DNA from: Williamwhitmania sp.
GTDB lineage: Bacteria; Bacteroidota; Bacteroidia; Bacteroidales; Williamwhitmaniaceae
Direction: 5' to 3'
DNA length: 40,189 bases
NCBI GenBank assembly: GCA_035529935.1
Contig: DATKVT010000048.1
Coordinates: forward strand, 1 to 40,189
Position numbers and translations under genes: made by a program. Under the pieces are notes generated by a model. It did not search any database, had not been told where the DNA came from, and saw only the letters and a program-made list of their open reading frames with translations. Below, one piece after another: positions 36,513 through 40,189 of this stretch; position 1 is the first letter of the stretch, and each line of letters opens with the position of its first letter.

Positions 36513-39275
36513 TTATTCTTTAAATCTGAAAAACTGAACCTCCCCCGATGAAGTAACCGACACCATCCCAAAGGTGGCCGATTTTACATCAAGGTTAACA
36601 TAAGTAGCATAAATACTACTTTCAAGAGGGAAACCGCTAAAAATCGTTCCGTTAGAATTCACCATATACGACTTTTCTTTGTTAGTATGGACCAAAATAT
36701 ATTTTCTACCTTTAGCACCATTAACTATCTCAGGCCAAGAGTCAATATCGCCATCGACCTTAACAGAAAACATCTTATTCCCTTTTCCATCGGAAACATT
36801 AATTTGATTGCCATCCGCTATAATAACATCACCCTGCATGTTTCCGTTCAAATCTGCAAAAATAAAGTAGTAGGCATTATCTCCTTGGCTTGATACAACC
36901 GCACGGGATTTTCCGTCTGTATTGAGCCATACAATTTCGCCAGCACTACTAGGTAACATAAAATCGCTATTATTATCAGCCAAATAGCATTTTGCATTAG
37001 CCGCGGGCACAATAGACCTATCCACCTTAATTCTATCGCGCCCCCGCCGATCAAGAAAGTAAAACTTAAGGCCGTCGTGAATTGTGATATAATCCTTGCC
37101 TTTAATACGGAAATAGTCTACGGGTGCAGAAACCACTCCCCCTGTTGTGGTAAATTTCCAACCTTTAATCTCCTTCCCACTTTTATCGTAGAGCAAAACT
37201 CTACCATCGGCAACTGGAACAAAGATTCGGTTTTCTCCATTGTTGTCGTAATCAAAAAATGAAGCCATGGCCGTAGCCGGAGAAGGGAGGAGGATAGGGA
37301 AGCCGTCGACTACCTCACCATTCCTATCGATAAGGTATACGCTCCGCTTGGTTGTAAAAAACAGCTGATACTTGTGATTTCTGAAATAGTCTACACATTG
37401 GATATCTCCAACAATATGATCATCAATTTTTTTCTTCCAGAGTAAGGTACCGTCGCTCTTTAACATGTTTAGCTGATTTTGGTTATCGGTGAAAACCAGC
37501 TGCTGCTGTTTTGTTTTGTAGTCTTTAAAAATATAAGGTTTGCTACTTATAACGGTATCCGCTTTGAATGTCCACTCAGCATTAGGAGAACCGGAAGCAG
37601 ATGTAGTCACCGCAGGTGTGGTAATAAAGAAGTTTGTAAACAGTTTACCCTTCAATGAGCGAAACTGAATGCCAATGCCACCTACACCATTTAATAGCTC
37701 AGGTGTTTTTGCAAGCTCTTGCTGTAGCGGACTCTTTTCAATCACTGAGAGTAGGCTGCTGCTATTAACTGGATTGAGGTAAAAAAATATGTTACCCATT
37801 GAAGCCACATACGGCAATACAGATTGGTATGAGCTGGTTGCCTTGAGCTTGTCACCACTATTTAAGGCATTTAAAAATGATTCAAGTCCCTTTTGATCGG
37901 AAGCGGTAATAAAGTAGTTTTGGTAAAAAGCAGCCACATCCTCAGCGAAAGGAAAAACCAACCCTTTAAACATAGCCTCCGAAAAGTCGGACGATGGTAG
38001 GTTGTATATCGGCACCCTCTCTTTTCCAATCAACGCCTCTTTGGCAATCGGTTGCTTGCCGGTCTCCTTTTTTAGCAGTGCTAAGTTTTCTTTAGCCAGA
38101 AGTTTTGCTGTCTCTGGATCGTTGAGACCATAAAGGTTGAGCCAGCAACCACCTCCTGCAATATTCACGTCACGGTAATAGAGCGAAACAATGCTATTTG
38201 TTTTGCCCACCCGCATAAATCGGTCAATGCTAAAATTACCACCCTGCTCCCACTCCTTAAGCCTTGCATTGTGCGCATAAAGCTTATTCTCCTTATCAAG
38301 ATAGCTGTTGTAATCGGCAATAAAACCATTAATGTCACTTATTTGGTAGCTAACAAAACAGGCAACAGAAGCAGGCAATAACTCAGAAACTTTGACAGGA
38401 AGAGGCGATTGGTGAAGAAATATTCGGAAGAATCGATTGGTTGAGTCGCTGGCAAGTGTGAAACCATTTGCAATAAAGGCATTGCTATGCATAAATCCAT
38501 CAACAGCAATCCAATCAGTGAACTTATTGAGGAGCTGTATCCGTTGCACAATTGCGCTGCCAAGCAAAGGTTGTAGGATAGAAGTAATATTCCTTCCATT
38601 TACTAACATATTGACGCTCACATTATCGCCAAGTGTTTTCCATAGGGTTTTAAAGCCATCGGACTTTAACAACGATTCCCCACTGGAAAGCTGTCTGAGT
38701 GCTGCCTCAACAATCATTCTGCTGGAGGAGATAATTGCAATTCGATTTGCGACAACAAAATAGACGTCCGGTACAAAAGCTTTTCCTGGCATCAGGTGGA
38801 TTACATCGCTTCCTTGATATTTACTAGATTCCACCCTTATTCCCTTGGTAGTAAAGAACGAGGTCAAATCCTCAAGGTCACGGCTGTGAACCTCCGGTGG
38901 AATTTGAAGGTAGAACGCAGCTTTATTGCCTCCCCTGCCGAAAGGGTGAATAGAAATGAACAACGGACTTGAGGTATAGAGATTTCGAAGAATATCGTTG
39001 CTAGTGAACAGTACCGTCAAACTTTTCTCCTCTTTTTCAAATGCTTCATACCAATCGGTTCCAGCCAAGAGTTTCTTAAACTCAGAACCTTCATCCTTAA
39101 GACCAAAAAGTTGCTGTGTAGAGGTAAAGCGCATCACCACTGAGGCATCCAATGGAATGGCAGCAATAGGCTCGGAAGAATTTTCCTTGTTATAGAAAAT
39201 GGTAAATACGTAGACGACTCCAACAACCAAAAGCAATAAGGCCACAAAAAGGGCTACAACATTTTTACGCAACAT
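36513..39275 (-). CDS. Large membrane-anchored protein with C-terminal beta-propeller-like (PQQ/BamB- or FG-GAP-like) repeats; function unknown
   Basis: 920 aa; N-terminal TM 'VVALFVALLLLVVGVVYVF'. Long central domain. The C-terminal ~350 aa contains repeated 'D-x-[DN]-G-x-x-x-D' / 'Y-x-x-D-x-x-G-K-x-x-W' segments ('FFDYDNNGENRIF', 'LLYDKSGKEIKGWKF', 'FADLNGNMQGDVIIADG', 'VSDGKGNKMF'). Confidence 0.6.
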   Translation of the reverse strand: MLRKNVVALFVALLLLVVGVVYVFTIFYNKENSSEPIAAIPLDASVVMRFTSTQQLFGLKDEGSEFKKLLAGTDWYEAFEKEEKSLTVLFTSNDILRNLYTSSPLFISIHPFGRGGNKAAFYLQIPPEVHSRDLEDLTSFFTTKGIRVESSKYQGSDVIHLMPGKAFVPDVYFVVANRIAIISSSRMIVEAALRQLSSGESLLKSDGFKTLWKTLGDNVSVNMLVNGRNITSILQPLLGSAIVQRIQLLNKFTDWIAVDGFMHSNAFIANGFTLASDSTNRFFRIFLHQSPLPVKVSELLPASVACFVSYQISDINGFIADYNSYLDKENKLYAHNARLKEWEQGGNFSIDRFMRVGKTNSIVSLYYRDVNIAGGGCWLNLYGLNDPETAKLLAKENLALLKKETGKQPIAKEALIGKERVPIYNLPSSDFSEAMFKGLVFPFAEDVAAFYQNYFITASDQKGLESFLNALNSGDKLKATSSYQSVLPYVASMGNIFFYLNPVNSSSLLSVIEKSPLQQELAKTPELLNGVGGIGIQFRSLKGKLFTNFFITTPAVTTSASGSPNAEWTFKADTVISSKPYIFKDYKTKQQQLVFTDNQNQLNMLKSDGTLLWKKKIDDHIVGDIQCVDYFRNHKYQLFFTTKRSVYLIDRNGEVVDGFPILLPSPATAMASFFDYDNNGENRIFVPVADGRVLLYDKSGKEIKGWKFTTTGGVVSAPVDYFRIKGKDYITIHDGLKFYFLDRRGRDRIKVDRSIVPAANAKCYLADNNSDFMLPSSAGEIVWLNTDGKSRAVVSSQGDNAYYFIFADLNGNMQGDVIIADGNQINVSDGKGNKMFSVKVDGDIDSWPEIVNGAKGRKYILVHTNKEKSYMVNSNGTIFSGFPLESSIYATYVNLDVKSATFGMVSVTSSGEVQFFRFKE

Positions 39276-39364
39276 ACCTTCAACTCAATATTCCATACAA
39301 AGTTAGCTATTCAACTTCCAATCCAAAAGGTTTTCCGATGTATTAAAACTATTTAACCGTTGAG

Positions 39365-39565
39365 ATGGTGAAAACAGATGTTAAACATGTAATATCGACC
39401 AATGTAGCAAGGTTTGTTTATCCCATTTGCTAGGTAGACAAGATTGTTGTGATTAACAATGGTGAGGTGACTGAGCAGTATATCAGTCAGGAACTCATGG
39501 CCTTAAATAATGGTTTGTATGCAATCTTAGCGAACTGTAATATTCGAGGCAAATTAATTCATTAA
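39365..39565 (+). pseudogene. Possible 3'-terminal relic of an ABC exporter ATPase gene, interrupted by a stop codon
   Basis: The frame reads '...KHVISTNVARFVYPIC*VDKIVVINNGEVTEQYISQELMALNNGLYAILANCNIRGKLIH*'. The second part matches the D-x-I-x-V-[LI]-x-x-G-x-[IV]-x-E-x-G-x-H-x-E-L-[LM]-x-x-x-G-x-Y-x-x-L C-terminal consensus of ABC exporter nucleotide-binding domains, with the conserved Gly and His replaced. Nothing upstream resembles the rest of the domain. Confidence 0.2.
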
Positions 39566-39655
39566 TCTTTCGTCATAATCAATTCAATTTGTTGGATTTC
39601 TGTGGTTTAGTACCATAACTTTACCTGATTACGCTCTCAACTAATTGAAAAAGTC

Positions 39656-40189
39656 ATGTGGAAGTATCTCGTTACATCAGCAATGTTGCTCATGCTTATG
39701 AGCATAGGTAAACTGCATGCGCAAGACTACCCTCAGAACTCCAGAAGCACCTACTTTGAAGTTAGCTTGGGTGCTGCTATCCCCACAGGCGACTTTGCCA
39801 AAACAAGCGGAGCAAATGCAGGGTTTGCAAAAACTGGTGCAAGGGTTAACCTTATAAATTATGGCACCCAATTCACCCCACACTGGGGATTATGTGCAAC
39901 CCTATTCGGCGATGCAACACCTGTTGACATTACGGCAGAGAATACACCAATGTGGGCTTATGCAGGCTTGCTGGTTGGACCCACTGCAACCCTTCCATTA
40001 GGTCGACTACTTCGCTTTGACCTAAAAGCGATGATTGGCACATCCTCAACATCATTACCCGTTTTTCAATACGGTGGAATAACCACCGATTCAAAAAGTG
40101 CAAGTAGCACTATCTATCAGATTGGTGCCAAGGTACGATTCAACCCTACCAGCAGGTTTGGCATACACCTAAATGCTGATTATGTGAGC
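39656..40189 (+). CDS. Outer-membrane beta-barrel (porin/OmpW-like) protein, 3'-truncated at the window end
   Basis: ATG at 39656, open to the window end (178 codons). Signal peptide 'MWKYLVTSAMLLMLMSIGKLHAQD'; alternating hydrophobic beta-strand pattern rich in G/A/T/Y. Not in the ORF track because no stop is reached. Confidence 0.55.
   Translation, partial: MWKYLVTSAMLLMLMSIGKLHAQDYPQNSRSTYFEVSLGAAIPTGDFAKTSGANAGFAKTGARVNLINYGTQFTPHWGLCATLFGDATPVDITAENTPMWAYAGLLVGPTATLPLGRLLRFDLKAMIGTSSTSLPVFQYGGITTDSKSASSTIYQIGAKVRFNPTSRFGIHLNADYVS

Noticed and set aside
39677-39883. Minus-strand 68-aa ORF from the track
   Set aside because: It overlaps the much longer open frame on the plus strand (39656 to window end), which has a clear signal peptide and beta-barrel character. 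The minus ORF is cysteine-rich nonsense.
1-40189. CRISPR arrays, IS elements/transposases, integrases, phage genes, toxin–antitoxin or restriction-modification genes
   Set aside because: No direct-repeat/spacer periodicity, no terminal inverted repeats flanking a transposase-like ORF, and no recombinase motifs were seen. The window looks like core chromosome rather than a mobile or defence island.

Overview
This 40.2-kb window is a chromosomal segment from a Bacteroidetes-type genome (about 42% GC, dense bidirectional gene packing). About 30 protein genes are supported and no rRNA, tRNA or CRISPR arrays were seen. Most are housekeeping genes: partial radA, a nifU-like gene, mrp/apbC, trmB, holB, a PSP1/RicT gene, pgk, mrcA, topA, manC and mlaEF. 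The main functional system is a complete type IX secretion / gliding-motor core operon, porP/sprF-gldK-gldL-gldM-gldN at 26.3–32.4 kb. It lies directly downstream of topA and of an arginase-fold gene with degenerate metal-binding motifs that overlaps the topA stop by only a few bases. A second gliding gene, a gldH-like lipoprotein gene, sits in the conserved holB–PSP1–gldH arrangement at 4.9–7.8 kb. This gliding/T9SS system is already described in the literature. The items that look less well characterised are listed here.
- A 920-aa membrane-anchored beta-propeller protein in an operon with a small DUF4834-like membrane protein (36.3–39.3 kb).
- A lone SiaC-like DUF1987 protein next to a lone duplicated Dpp/Opp-type ABC ATPase.
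- An FNR-type Crp-family regulator with an N-terminal cysteine cluster.
- A short alkyltransferase-like MGMT homolog with alanine in place of the catalytic cysteine.
- An exported nitroreductase-fold protein and an exported C1B peptidase, each carrying a signal peptide.
- A 14-bp perfect palindrome upstream of porP.
- An unusually long 555-bp upstream region before a FadL-like outer-membrane protein gene.
- A possible 3' relic of an ABC exporter gene in the 39.3–39.65 kb intergenic region.
All functional calls rest on motifs, domain architecture and synteny recalled from memory; no database search was possible.
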